Assembly: GCA_963769025.1 (NCBI GenBank)
Contig: CAVYKI010000002.1
Location: forward strand, 64,001 to 128,000
Source: an uncultured Verrucomicrobiae bacterium
GTDB lineage: Bacteria > Verrucomicrobiota > Verrucomicrobiia > Chthoniobacterales > Chthoniobacteraceae
DNA length: 64,000 bases
Reading direction: 5' to 3'
Shown piece after piece: positions 1 through 11,887 of the stretch (its first letter is position 1; each line of letters begins with the position of its first letter). The translations under genes and the position numbers were made by a program. The notes beneath the pieces were generated by a model. The model searched no databases. It was not told the DNA's origin and was given only the letters and a program-made list of their open reading frames with translations.

Positions 1-955
1 GCCGGCGCGCCATGAGGCATTTCGAGCCGAAGGAGCGCGTCTCATTTTGGTCGATGCCATACATCTCGCGCGTGGCGGCGGACTCGGTGCTGAAGTCCAC
101 GAGGTCGGTCGCCTCCGCCTGCATGCGATACGCGAGCTCGAAGCTCTGGATGCGCCCGAGCAATTCCGCCTCGCCGGGACGCTGCCTGCAGATGGCGCTC
201 GTTGAGCTTCGCCATGCAGGTCGAGCTGCGCGCGCTGGTCGTCGCGCGTGACATCGCGGGGCCGCGTGAGATTGATGACCGGCGTGTCGCCCGGGCCGGA
301 AGAGCGTGCCCTGATACGTGGTCGGCAGAAAGCCGGAGCTCCAGTTGAGGTTGCCGCCCTTCACGCCCTGATTGTTCCCGAGCACGACGTAGCCCGGCAG
401 GTTGCTGTTCTCCGAGCCGAGGCCGTAGGTGATCCACGAGCCCGCGCTGGGAAATCCGGGCCGCGGGATGCCGGTGTTGATTTGATAGAGCGCGGGGACA
501 TGGTCGTTCGACTCGCTGTAGAATGATTTCACGAACGCGAAGTCGTCCACGTGCTTCGCGACATTCGGGTAATGCTCGCAGACCCATGCGCCCGACTGGC
601 CGTATTGCTTGAACGAAAACGGCGACTTCATCAGCGGCCCGGGATTGCCGTTGAACACATCAATCTCGATGCGCTGGCCGTCGCGCTTGGTCAGTTCCGG
701 CTTCGGATCGAACATGTCCACCGCGCTCGGCGCGCCTTCCATGAACAGCCAGATGACCGACTTCGCCTTCGCCGGAAAATGCGCGACGCGCGGCGCCATC
801 GGATTGAGCGCATCCGGCGCGGCGGCGAGCAGGCCGTTCTTCGCGAAGAGGTCGGCGAGCGCGAGCATGCCGAAACCCGCGCCGGCCTTTTTCAGAAAAT
901 CGCGGCGAGTCGTGAAGGGCTCGAAGCGTCCGCAATGCTGCTGGGTCGGGTTCAT
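1..955 (-). CDS. DUF1501 family protein (Tat-like signal), partial, runs off window start
   Basis: Manual translation from ATG at 955: MNPTQQHCGRFEPFTTRRDFLKKAGAGFG...HFPAKAKSVIWLFMEGAPSAVDMFDPKP...PSAGSWITYGLGSEN. These are typical DUF1501 motifs. Not in the ORF track as a single ORF; probable frameshifts near 150-300. Confidence 0.85.
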   Translation of the reverse strand, partial: MNPTQQHCGRFEPFTTRRDFLKKAGAGFGMLALADLFAKNGLLAAAPDALNPMAPRVAHFPAKAKSVIWLFMEGAPSAVDMFDPKPELTKRDGQRIEIDVFNGNPGPLMKSPFSFKQYGQSGAWVCEHYPNVAKHVDDFAFVKSFYSESNDHVPALYQINTGIPRPGFPSAGSWITYGLGSENSNLPGYVVLGNNQGVKGGNLNWSSGFLPTTYQGTLFRPGRHAGHQSHAAPRCHARRPARAARPAWRSSTSAICRQRPGEAELLGRIQSFELAYRMQAEATDLVDFSTESAATREMYGIDQNETRSFGSKCLMARR

Positions 956-961
956 GGGGCG

Positions 962-3581
962 TCAGTCAATGTAGATGAATTCGTTCAGTCCGAAGAGCGA
1001 CTGGCAGAAGTCGGTGAGTGCGAGACGTTGCGCGGCGGCGAACGGTTCCTTCGCATCGCGCTGCGCGCGGGCGGCGGTCTGCGCTGCGATGAATGCGCGG
1101 GCGTCGGCGAGTTCGTCGGGAGCGGGTCCGCGGCTGAGGCAGAGTTGGAACGCAGCGCGAATCTGCGCGTCCACATCACCGCCGGCGTCGGCTCGCAGTC
1201 GCTTCGCGAGTTCCTCTGCGCGCATCCGCACGAACGGGTCATTCAGCAGCGCCAGCGCCTGCGGGGCCACGGTCGTGTTCATTCGGCGGCCGCAACTCTG
1301 CTGCGCATCCGGCGCGTCGAACGCCTGCATGAGCGGATACTGCACGACGCGCTTGTGAAACATGTAGATGGTCCGCCGCCGCGTCTCCGGCGTGTCCTTC
1401 GCATCGCGCGGATAAGGGTCCTTCACATTGCGCGCCTGCAGCGCTTCGGCGGGAATCGGCGGCTTGAAGCTCGGCCCGAACACCGCCGGGTTCAGCGTGC
1501 CCGCGACCGCGAGCATCGAGTCGCGCAGGATTTCCGATTCGAGCCGCAGCGGACGCCGACGCCAGAGCAGGCGGTTCTCGGGGTCGATCGCGCATTTCTT
1601 TTCGTCGAACGCCGACGCCTGCTGATAGGCCGCGCTGTTCACGATGAGCCGGTGCAGATGCTTCACGCTCCAGCCGCTGCGGATGAACTCGCCCGTGAGC
1701 CATTCGAGCAACTCGGGATGCGTGGGCAGCTCACCGCGCGTGCCGAAGTCGCTCGACCGTGCGCACGAGGCCTTCGCCGAAATGATGCTGCCAGACGCGG
1801 TTCACCATCACGCGCGCGAGCAACGCGCCCGCGCCGTGGTCGAGGTCGGTCATCCAGTCCGCCAGCGCGCGACGCTGCTGCGTGCTGTCGTCGCGGAGCT
1901 TCGATGCGCGCGCGGTCTTCCAGTAGTCGTCCGGCAGTCTTGCCCGTTCATCAGCACGGTGAGAAAACCGAGGTCCATCTTCTCATTGCGCGCCATGAAA
2001 TTCGCCGCGCTCGAAGAACCACGACTCCCGCGGCTCCGGCGCGAAGTCGGCGAACGCGAACGCTGTCGGCAGCGCGGCGGGTTTGCGCTTCGCGATGGCT
2101 TTCACGCGGCCATCGAGTTCCTCCCAGCGCGCCTTTTGCTTCGGTGGAAAACGCGCGACGTAATCCGCATCCTCGACCTTCAGTTCCTTCTTGAAACGAT
2201 TCGCCAGTTTCTTCCCCTCGGAACCGTCCGGCTTCTCCGTCAGCAGCTTCTTCTCGTCGTCCGAGAGCCGCAGCTTCGCAATCTTGGCCGCGCGCACGTG
2301 AATCCACAAACGGCTCGCGCGCCTTCTTCAGCCACGCATCGCGCTCCTTCACCGCCGCGTCGGATTCCGGCTGCCACTTCGCCAGTCGCGGCGCGTTGCG
2401 CCTTGACCTCGGCCTGCGATGCGAGCGGCACCTCGGCGCGGTCGCCGCTGTTGAAGACGCGCATGAGCCGGTAGTAGTCGCGCGTCGGCAGCGGGTCGTA
2501 TTTGTGGTCGTGACACCGCGCGCACGCCAGCGTGAGCCCGAGCATCGCCTGGCCCGTGGTCGAGACCATGTCGTCGAGTTCGTTGGCGCGGTTGCGGAGC
2601 TTTTCCTCCTCCATCTGCTTGTCGGGCAGGATGGAATTGACGCCCGCCAGCGATGAAGCCCGGTCGCCGCGATGGCATCCGGCTTGTCCGGCGCAATCTC
2701 ATCGCCCGCGAGCTGCCAGCGCACGAACTGGTCGAACGGCATGTCGTCATTCAGCGCGCGGATGACGAAGTCGCGGAAGCGATACGCATTGGGCCGGTCG
2801 TTGTCGCTCTCCATCCCGTTGCTGTCCGCGTAGCGCGCCACATCGAGCCAGTGCCGCGCCCAGCGCTCGCCGTGTGCGGACTCGCGAGCAACTCATCCAC
2901 GAGCGCGCGGACGGCGTCGCGCGATTCGCCGATGCGCGAACTCCAGCGCGTCATCTCCTCCGGCGTCGGCGGCAGACCGATGAGGTCGAAGTAAATCCGC
3001 CGCACGAGCGTGCGCGCATCCGCCGGGGCCGATGGGGAAATCTTCTTCGCCTCCTGCGCGTGCCGGATGAACTGGTCCACCGGAGTGCGCGCCCATGCTG
3101 TGTCCTTCACCATCGGCGGTTCAACCGCAGCCAGCGGGAGAAACGACCAGTGCTTCCGGTCCGCATCCGTCACCTTCATCTCCGCGCGGACTGTTTTGGC
3201 TGTCTCTTTGCCCGACTCCGGCCACTCAGCACCGGCATCAATCCACTGCTGGAGCAGTGCGATTTGTTTCGCTGTGAGCGGCTCCCCGCCGCCTTTGCGG
3301 GGCGGCATCCGCTCGTCTTCGTCCTTCGATGTCACCACCTGAAACACCCCGCTCTCACTCGCGTGCCGCGGCACGATGCCGCGCTCCCCAGAATCACCGC
3401 CCTTGAACGCCGACGCCTTTCAGTCCAGCCGCAGCCCGCCCTTCTGCTTCTCCAGCCCATGACACTTCACGCAGTGCTCGGTGAACAACGGCTCGATGTC
3501 CCGGCGAAACTCCACCACCGATGCTGTCACGGGAAACACCAGCGCGACGGCTGTCGCCAGAAATGTAAGAGGACGATTCAT
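962..3581 (-). CDS. Planctomycete cytochrome c / DUF1549 / DUF1553 (PSD1-type) protein, interrupted by frameshifts and one in-frame TGA
   Basis: Pieces across frames: signal peptide + HCVKCHG...[70 protein letters not shown]-terminal [11 protein letters not shown]. Confidence 0.85.
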
Positions 3582-3633
3582 GATGTAGCAGCCCAGAGCG
3601 GAAGGTGCTGCGGGGGCACGCAACCTCGCATCG

Positions 3634-5027
3634 CTAAACGAGGATGTCCTTCACCACGTTGCCGAACACATCGGTGAGCCGGTAGTCGCGGCCGCCGTGG
3701 CGGTAGGTGAGCTTCTCGTGGTCGATGCCGAGCAGGTGCAGGATCGTGGCGTGGAAGTCGTGCACGTGAACTTTGTTCTCCGCGACGGTCGCGCCGATCT
3801 CGTCGGTGGCGCCGTAGGCGATGCCGCCCTTCACGCCGCCGCCGGCCAGCCAGGAGGAGAAGCACGCGCTGTGATGGCCGCGGCCCTTCGTGCCGTCCAC
3901 GCCGGGCGTGCGGCCGAATTCGGTGGTCCAGACGACGAGCGTGTCGTCGAGCATGCCGCGCTGCTTCAGATCGCGGAGCAGGCCGGCGATGGGCTGGTCG
4001 ATGTTCTTCGCGTGCTTGGCGTGCTCGGCCATGTCGCCGTGCTGATCCCAGTTCTTGCTGCTGCTGCCGTCCACCAGTTCGATGAACCGCACGCCGCGCT
4101 CGGCCAGTCGGCGGGCGACGAGGCATTGCCAGCCGAAGCCTTCGCTCTCGCCGCGCTTCAGGCCGTAGAGCGCCAGCGTGTGCGTCGGTTTCCTTTTCCA
4201 GCGTCGAAGACCTCGCGCGCCTCGGTCTGCATGTGGAAGGCGGTCTCGAAGGTGCGGATGCGCGCGGCGAGATCGCGTGTCGCCGGCGCGCGCGTGCGAG
4301 GTGGCGGTTGTTGAGCACGTCGGCGAGGCCGAGTTCGAGTTCCTGCAGGCCGCGCTGCTGCGTGCGGCGGTCGAGATTGGCGATCGGCTCCTTGCCGCCG
4401 ATCGACGCGCACGCCCTGATGATACGCGGGCAGGAAGTCGTTGTTGAAAATCTGCGTGCCGGCGTAGGGCATCTGCGGCGCGAGCGCGACGAACGACGGC
4501 AGGTTCTGATTCATCGTGCCGAGGCCGTAGCTGACCCACGAGCCGATGCTCGGCCGCGAGAAGAAGAACGAGCCGGTGTGCATGCCGAGCGTGGCGTTGT
4601 AGTGCTCGTTGTCGTCGCCCTTCATCGAGCGGATGAGGCAGATGTCGTCCATGCACTCGCGCAGATGCGGGAAGAGATCGCTGACCATCGTGCCGCACTT
4701 GCCACCGGGCCGGAACTCCCAGCCGGGCTTGAGCAGGACGCGCTGCTGATTCGAGAGGCCGCCGCCGACGCCGGTCATCTTGCCATCGGCGGCGAAGAGC
4801 TCGGGCTTCGGATCGAACGTGTCCATGTGCGACACGCCGCCGTTGGAGAAGATGAAGATGACGCGCTTCGCCTTCGCGGGAAAATGCGGCTGCTTCGGCG
4901 CGAGCGGGTCGGCGGTTGCGGCGGCGGATTCCGCGAGCAGGCTCGAGAGGATGCCCGGCATCAGCAGCGAGCCGCCGACAAGCGAGCGGAGGATTTCGCG
5001 GCGATGGAAAAGGCGGGGTGAGTTCAT
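3634..5027 (-). CDS. DUF1501 family protein, frameshifted
   Basis: N-terminal part (ORF 4158..5027): [29 protein letters not shown]-terminal part (ORF ending 3634): [46 protein letters not shown]. Confidence 0.85.
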
Positions 5028-5039
5028 GGGTGGCGCGGG

Positions 5040-7988
5040 TCAGTCGAGGTAAACAAATTCGTTCAGGCGGAAGAGCACGCGGACGTAGGCGCGCCACGCT
5101 TCGGCTGTCCGCCTTGTCGGCGGGCAGGTCGTCGCTCGCGAAGTTGCGCGCGCGCGCTGGCGAGAAATTTCTCCGCGGCGGCGCGTTCGTCGGCGGCAGG
5201 CGGGCGGGCGAAGAGCAGCTCGTAGGCGCGCTGGATGCGGGCGGCGTCGTCGCTGGCGTGCGAAGTGATGCGCTCGGCGACGCGCTTGGATTGCTCGTGG
5301 ACGAACGGATCGTTGAGCAGGTAGAGCGCCTGCAGCGGCGTGGTGCTCGTCGGTGCGCGCGGGCGTGCTGGCGGACGGATCGGCGCCGTCGAAGATGGCG
5401 AGATACGGATGCCGCTGGATGCGCTGCGTCATCAGATACACGCTGCGGCGGTTGCTGTCGATAGACGGCCTTGAAGGGATTGTGCTGCGTGAAGTCCCAC
5501 TCGTGCGCGGCGGAAACGGATGCGGGCCGGCGGGCGTGAGGTCGAGGTTGCCGCCGAGCGCGAGCAGCGTGTCGCGGATGGCTTCGGCATCGAGCCGCCG
5601 GCGCGGAAAGCTCGCGAGCAGCTCGTTCGCCGGGTCGCTGCGCGATCGCGTCGGCGTCGCGCGCGCGTGGCGATGCTGATACGTGCGCGAGAGCATGATG
5701 AGCCGGTGCATCGCCTTCACCGACCAGCCGCCGTCGCGGAACTTCGCGGCGAGGTAATCGAGCAGTTCGGGATGCGTCGGCGGCTTGCCCTGTTTGCCGA
5801 AATCATTCGGCGTCGCGACGATGCCGCGGCCGAAGTGATGCAGCCAGATGCGATTGACCATCACGCGCGCGGGGAGCGGATTGTCGTTGGCCGAGAATCC
5901 AGTCGGCGAGCTGCGCGCGGCCGCTGGACTTCGTCGCCGGGCGGCAGTTCCGCGCCGCCCAGCACGGTGAGGAAATGGCGGCGGCACCATCGTCGCCGGG
6001 CTTGGCCGGATCGCCCTTCTGCTGGACCGGCACATCGGAAATTTTCGCGGCGTCGGCGACGGCGTACGCCATCTCGAAGGGCAGCGATTTTTTCTGCACC
6101 TTCGCGAGCGCCTGCTCGGCTTCCTTCAGCTTCGCCTGCGGCCGCCTCCTTCTTCTCGCCCTTCCCCTCCTTCACGGCATTCTTGAGCTTCGCCACCTCG
6201 CTGTCGAGCCGCGCGCGTTCCTTCTCGCGCTCGCGTTGCGTGGCCTCGGCCTCGGCGAGTTTTTCCGTCGGCACCAGCGGCACGAAGTCGCGCTGCTTCT
6301 TGTCCAGCTCGATGCCCGGCCACGGGTAGCGCGTGCTGTGGAAGATGCCGTAGAGCGCGTAGTAATCCTGCTGCGGTGATGGGATCGAACTTGTGGTCGT
6401 GGCAGCGCGCGCAGCTGACCGTGAGGCCGAGGAAGGCTGCGGCCCGAGGTTGTCGATCGTGTCCTCGATCGTGAGGTGCTGCGGGTAATCGTCCACGCGC
6501 GAGCCGAAGCGGCGCGCGTTCGCGATGTAGCCGGTGGCGATGATGCGCTCGTAGCGTTCCTCCTCGGTCGCGCCGCCGCGCAGATCGCCCGCGAGCTGCT
6601 CGCGCACGAACTGGTCGTAAGGCAGGTCGCGGTTGAACGCGGCGATGACCCAGTCGCGGTAGCGATGCATCTGCGGAATGGGATAGTCGGAATTGTCGCC
6701 CGCCGTGTCGGCGTAGCGCACGACATCGAGCCAGTGCCGGCCCCAGCGTTCGCCGTAGCGCGGCGAGGCGAGCAGGCGATCGACGACGCGCGCGAAGGCG
6801 TCCGGCGACGCGTCGGCGACGAACGCCGCGACTTCCTCCGGCGTCGGCGGCAGGCCGATGAGGTCGTAGGTGGCGCGGCGGATGAGCGCGCGCTTGTCGG
6901 CATCGGCGGCGGGCTTGAGCTTCGCTGCCTCGAGCTTCGCGAGGATGAAACGGTCCACGTCGTTCGCGGGCCACTTCGTGTTCTGCACCGCGGGCGGCTT
7001 CGGTGCAGCCAGCGGGCGGAACGACCACCACTCGCGCGCCTTGTTCCAGTCGATCGCCGATCCTTCGCCTTCACCGCGGCGACGGTGTCGTCGCGCGCGG
7101 ATCGGGCGCGCCCATCCGCACCCACGCCTCGAGCTCGGCGATGACGCTCGGGCGGCGAGCTTCTTCTTCGGCGGCATCGCGAGGTCTTCGTTCAGCGTGG
7201 CGCACGCGCCTGGATGAGCAGGCTCGCATCGGGATCGCCGGGCGTGATGGCCGGGCCGGTGTCGCCGCCCTTTTGCACGCCCGCGCGCGAGTCGAGCACG
7301 AGGCCGCCCTTGATTTTCTTCGCGCCCGCGCTGTGGCACTCGTAGCAGGTCTCCACGAGCACCGGGCGGATCTTGCTCTCGAAAAACGCGATCTGATCGG
7401 CAGTCGGCGCGGCGGCGAATTGCGCGCGCGTTCGCGCTCGGGAACCGCGCCGTCGCCCGACCAGACCTCGATGCCCGAAAGATTCGCCGCGCCGTGGCTG
7501 GCGCCCTGCGCGCCGAGACCGTCAGCCTGCCGTCCTTCACGCTCGCGCGCGCCACGGGCCGAGCCGTTTCCACATGCCCGCCTCGCCGCTGTAAAATCCT
7601 GGCACCACGACCTGGTCATTCACGAGCAGATCGAACTGCTCGTTGTGGTTGTCCTCCCACACGTAGAGGAAGACCTGATACGCGCCCGGCGGCGACGGCC
7701 GGTGAATTCGAGGCTCACCTTGCCGCCCCAGACGCTGCTGCGAATCATCTGCGCGCGCGCTCGGCGTCCGTCGGCCGGCTTGAGCACGACCTTCTGGTTC
7801 TCAAACGTCTTGCCGTTCGCCTTGAAATCCTTCGCATCCGCGCCCGCCTCCCACGCGTGCCCGTCGATCGTCACCGCCGGACCGTTGAGATTGATGCCGC
7901 GCAGAAACTTCGCATCCGCCGCATCGACGGAGGCGAGGCCGCTCATCCAGAGGAGCGAGAGGAGAAGGGTAGGGGAGGATCGTGGCAT
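5040..7988 (-). CDS. PSD1-type DUF1549/DUF1553 cytochrome c protein with extra N-terminal beta-rich domain, heavily frameshifted
   Basis: Signal peptide at 7988; CYECH heme motif near 7340-7350; [66 protein letters not shown]-terminal [11 protein letters not shown]. Confidence 0.8.
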
Positions 7989-8186
7989 GGCTACTGGCAG
8001 AACTCCGCCCGGCTTGAGGTCGGCTGGCGGAGATCCGATCGATGAATCCCGACTCTAGCCCATCCGACGCAGCCTGCTAGGACACGATTGCATGGACTTT
8101 GGACGATCCTGCCGCCCTTCGGGGAGCACCCGTCCGAAAGTGGTGCTGGCGTCCCACCGGTCGCCAGTTTGCCGCGGGGAGGTTTC

Positions 8187-9182
8187 CTACCCTCCCGTCG
8201 TGGTGCGGTCGGTGCGAAACTTCACGGGCGACATGCCGAATGCGCCTCTGAAGCGTTTGTTGAAATAGCTCTGGTCCGAGAAGCCCACCTCGCATGCGAT
8301 CTCCGCGACGGTGCGATCCGTCTCGCGAAGCAGGCGCGCTCCGTTGGCGAGTCGCACGTGGTTCACGTAGTTCACCAGCGTCATTCCGGCGACGCGCTTG
8401 AACTTCTTCATCAGCTGCGACGCGCTCATTCCCGCGATCCGTGCCGCGGCATCCACGCTCAGCTTCTCCGCGTGATGCTGCTGGATGTGATCAAAGAGCC
8501 TCTTGAGCTGAATCGAGCGCTGCTGCTGCTGCATGAACTCCCATTTCATCACCTCCGAAGCGCGGAAGCGTTTCGCCAGCACAAAGAGCAGTTCGAGCAG
8601 GAACGCCTTTGTGCCAGCCTGGAAAAACGCGCGCTCCTTTCCAAAGTAGCATCCCAGCAACTGCGCCAGCACACGCCACGCTTGCGGGGCCTCGGCGTCC
8701 GACGTCTTCATCACGTGGGCATGCGGTCCGGACCGCGAATAGAACGGCAGCAGGAACGCATAGTCGTGCGACGGCGAGCCGAGGCTGTAAACGAACTCGG
8801 GCATGAAGCTCACGACGATGACGCGCGTGTCGAAGCCGGGGAAATCGACAACGTGATGCAGCTTCAGATTGTCCACCACGAGCAGGTCGCCACGTTCCAG
8901 CGACACCTCCTGCTCCCCCATGCGAAAGCGAGCCGGTCCGTCCAGCGGGAGGAAGAGCTCGAGCCGTTCATGCCACGTCCCGCCGCGGGTGTGGCGGCGC
9001 GAGGTGAAGCGGAAGAGCTTGATTGAAAAAGGAAACTCCGTGTCCAGCGGCACCGTGTAACGCCCGCGTGCATCGAGTTGCGCCGCGATATCGTGCGGCT
9101 CAAACTTCAAGCTGCGGCAGACGGCGAGCAGCTTGCGCCGTGCCGCATTGGCTTTTGGAGTCGAGTGGGAGCTGGGCGGCAT
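8187..9182 (-). CDS. AraC family transcriptional regulator with N-terminal cupin domain
   Basis: WHERLEL cupin motif; C-terminal double HTH with IACEVGFSDQSYFNKRFRGAFGMSP signature. Confidence 0.92.
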   Translation of the reverse strand: MPPSSHSTPKANAARRKLLAVCRSLKFEPHDIAAQLDARGRYTVPLDTEFPFSIKLFRFTSRRHTRGGTWHERLELFLPLDGPARFRMGEQEVSLERGDLLVVDNLKLHHVVDFPGFDTRVIVVSFMPEFVYSLGSPSHDYAFLLPFYSRSGPHAHVMKTSDAEAPQAWRVLAQLLGCYFGKERAFFQAGTKAFLLELLFVLAKRFRASEVMKWEFMQQQQRSIQLKRLFDHIQQHHAEKLSVDAAARIAGMSASQLMKKFKRVAGMTLVNYVNHVRLANGARLLRETDRTVAEIACEVGFSDQSYFNKRFRGAFGMSPVKFRTDRTTTGG

Positions 9183-9306
9183 GCGGCAGCGACTCTAGGC
9201 ATTGCAGGCCGATCACGGCGAGCCGGTTCGCATAGGCGGGCGCATGCAGGGCTGGCGAGGCTCCATCTCGCGGGGTGATAAGACAGGTTTGAGCGCGATG
9301 GGATGC

Positions 9307-10965
9307 TCACGGCTTGCTGAGCGAGTGCAGGTATTCCTCGAGGTTCGTGTAGCCGTCGCCGTCACGGTCCTTGTTGCCGTCCGCCGCATCCTGCGGGTTG
9401 AGACCATGGGTGGTCTCCCACTCGTCGGGGATCCCGTCGTTGTCGGAGTCCTTCGGATGCGCTCCTCCGGCAAGTTTCGGATGACCGCCGACATCGCGCG
9501 GCGAATCGATGATGCGGCCTTTGCCGGTCCGGACGTCGCTGACGATCCGCGCATCCACCGCATCGCGGCGCGGGAGTGTCGCGCCCACACCGGCGAGCAT
9601 GGGCTCGAGATTTTCCGCCGCGGGCGTCCGTGTCACCGGCGCGGTCGGAAATGGCGCGGCGGCCTGCTGCGTCTTGGGAGCGGGTTTGCTGTCGTAGCCC
9701 ATGCCGACGATGTCCCACTCGTCCCCGTCCGCGGCCGTGCGGTGCGGAGTGATGTTGTCCGCGACGAAGAGCTTCTTCGAGCCCGCCTGCGCTACCTGGC
9801 CGAGGATGATTTCGCGTGATTGCGATTCGGTCGAAGGCCCGCGCAGGTAGCGGTTGCCGGCGAAATTCACGTGGGTTTCGAAGCCGTGCCGGTCCTGAAT
9901 CTCGACGGGAATCTTGCCCCAGTTGTAAACGACGTTGTTGATGAAATCGTGCGTACCTCCGCCGGAGATGAGCGGGTTCCGGAAATCGTGATGCGCGAGC
10001 AGGCAATGATGCACCGTCACGCGGTTGCTGCCGTCGCCGATGAGCAGCCCCGCGCTGTGCGTCTTCTTCGGATGCCGCGCGCGGTTGAGCGCCTCGCTGA
10101 TGATGCACCACGAGAGCGTGATGTCGCGCGGCGCATACCACGTCTGCACCGTCTCGTCCTCGCTCCAACTGAACGAGCAATGGTCCGCGACCACATTGTA
10201 AACCTCATCGCGCCCGCTGCCGGTGTTGAGGATGCCGAGCGCGTCGTTGTTTTCGGGATCGCCCTTGCCCTCGTCACCGGGCCGGATGCGGACGTGCTGG
10301 AGCAGGACATCGTGCGTCATCACCGCGAGTCCGGCATTCCTGATCGAGATGCCGTCGCCGGGCGCGGTCTGCCCTGCGACGGTGACGAAGGGATGCTGGA
10401 TGTACAGCTGATCCTTCAATTCAATGACGCCGCCGACGCGGAAAAGAATCGTTCGGGGAAACGGCTGGTTCAACGCCTCACGAAGCGTCCCCGGCCCGTC
10501 ATCTTCCAGCGAAGTGACGAACAGCACCTTGCCACCCCGCCCCGCAGCGGTGCGCGTGCCAAATCCCTCCGCACCGGGAAATACCGGACGCCCTCCGTCC
10601 GGCGGGAGCGGTCGCGGCCCCGCCGACTTGATGGCGGCCCGCTCGGATGCCTTCATCGCCATCGGGATGGCAATGACTCCCACGAACGCCACCACCATGA
10701 GTCCGCCACCGACGACCGCAATCCACGCGAGCCGCGTCCCCGCACCCGAGCGGAGCCGGCGAAGGCCGAGGACGAGCGCGAGCAGCGGCGCCACCAGCAT
10801 GACGACGTAGGTAGCCGGTCCGAGCACCTTCATGATTCCGTGAAAAAGGCGGCTGAACTTGAGCAGGTAGAGCGCGGCAAGAATCCAGAAGACCAAGGAA
10901 AGCCCCAGGGAAATCCCGAGCACCGTTGGGCGTTTGGCTGGCGCGGGGAGATGTGAATGGGGCAT
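9307..10965 (-). CDS. Pectate lyase-like (PL1-type) protein with N-terminal membrane anchor
   Basis: FPGAEGFG...GRGG.V..VTSL.D.GPGTLR, TVAGQTAPGDGI, DHCSFSWSEDE; C-terminal DSDNDGIPDEWE and DRDGDGYTNLEEYL; three hydrophobic N-terminal segments. Confidence 0.85.
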   Translation of the reverse strand: MPHSHLPAPAKRPTVLGISLGLSLVFWILAALYLLKFSRLFHGIMKVLGPATYVVMLVAPLLALVLGLRRLRSGAGTRLAWIAVVGGGLMVVAFVGVIAIPMAMKASERAAIKSAGPRPLPPDGGRPVFPGAEGFGTRTAAGRGGKVLFVTSLEDDGPGTLREALNQPFPRTILFRVGGVIELKDQLYIQHPFVTVAGQTAPGDGISIRNAGLAVMTHDVLLQHVRIRPGDEGKGDPENNDALGILNTGSGRDEVYNVVADHCSFSWSEDETVQTWYAPRDITLSWCIISEALNRARHPKKTHSAGLLIGDGSNRVTVHHCLLAHHDFRNPLISGGGTHDFINNVVYNWGKIPVEIQDRHGFETHVNFAGNRYLRGPSTESQSREIILGQVAQAGSKKLFVADNITPHRTAADGDEWDIVGMGYDSKPAPKTQQAAAPFPTAPVTRTPAAENLEPMLAGVGATLPRRDAVDARIVSDVRTGKGRIIDSPRDVGGHPKLAGGAHPKDSDNDGIPDEWETTHGLNPQDAADGNKDRDGDGYTNLEEYLHSLSKP

Positions 10966-11189
10966 CGGGTAGAGGGGAAACCGTCTGTGTGTGGAGACGT
11001 TTGGTCGCTGCCTCGGGTTTCATCGATTTCGGAATGCGCGCCTACGAATCAAACCCATGCGCAAGATCATCCCGATCGGAGTGGCATTCAGTCGAATCGG
11101 CCAAAGTTGTAACCGCAACCCCGGGGGCGGCGTCTCGCACCGTGCACAGGAAAGGCTCCAAACCCTCCCGACCCGTTGCCGCAGCTCCC

Positions 11190-11780
11190 ATGAAAAAACT
11201 GTTCACGTTGCTCACATTGTCCTGCTCACTCGGCGTCGCCACGGCTCAGGAGCTTCTATCCCCGGAGGAATTGCAGAAATTCGTACCGCGATTTGTCGAG
11301 CGTGCGGCTGACCAGGAAAATCCACCATTCAAGGCCGCGGTGGACGCGGCGAAATCGGTCGGGATGAAGGTCAAGGAATATGGTGCCGTCATCCTGCCCG
11401 CGAAGGATCTCTCGAGGGAGGCGCTGGCCAAGGCGGACAAACAAATCGTGCCGGTCGGACACCTGTGGATGAAGAAGCTTGCTCCGGCGGTAAGTCCCGA
11501 GAAATTGCGCGTCGTGTCGGTTCACCTGGACAATGCCGACCACTCGCTGGTGCTGTTCTATCTCGGCATGCGGACGACGGATGCCGGCAATGCTGAACTC
11601 GTGATTTTCGGCAAGGACAAGGATCCGATCGCCACGCTGCCTTTGACCAAAATCGAGCGCAGCCAGGACGCGCCGGTGGGGCTTCACATGCAGGCGGGCA
11701 CCGCTTCGCTCGGAGAAATCGAGATCAACATCCTCGGCCAATACCGTGCCCGGCTGGCGGTGGACGAGTTCGCGCCGTAA
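11190..11780 (+). CDS. Secreted hypothetical protein
   Basis: ATG at 11190 gives a signal peptide MKKLFTLLTLSCSLGVATAQE within ORF 10926..11780; natural amino-acid composition. Confidence 0.7.
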   Translation: MKKLFTLLTLSCSLGVATAQELLSPEELQKFVPRFVERAADQENPPFKAAVDAAKSVGMKVKEYGAVILPAKDLSREALAKADKQIVPVGHLWMKKLAPAVSPEKLRVVSVHLDNADHSLVLFYLGMRTTDAGNAELVIFGKDKDPIATLPLTKIERSQDAPVGLHMQAGTASLGEIEINILGQYRARLAVDEFAP

Positions 11781-11887
11781 CGGAGATGCAGCGCGAGGAA
11801 AGGCTCGCGATACGCTCCTGAACGCAGCATGAGACTGGTCCGCGACCCGGGGCGACGCTCCGTGGTCGCAGTGCAGCAAAGCCATCC

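Noticed and set aside
3420..3422. In-frame TGA in the PSD1 gene ([17 protein letters not shown]) as a sixth Sec site
   Set aside because: It is at a variable non-Cys position with no redox motif, in a region full of indels. GAC TGA AAG is easily derived from GAC CTG AAG by compensating errors. Reads should still be checked.
1..8000. Frameshifts as real pseudogenisation or programmed frameshifting (also 58000-64000 and single sites near 16157, 19490, 48640)
   Set aside because: Motifs stay intact across frames, no slippery sites were evident, and errors cluster regionally. This is most consistent with low-coverage long-read errors, though unprovable without reads.
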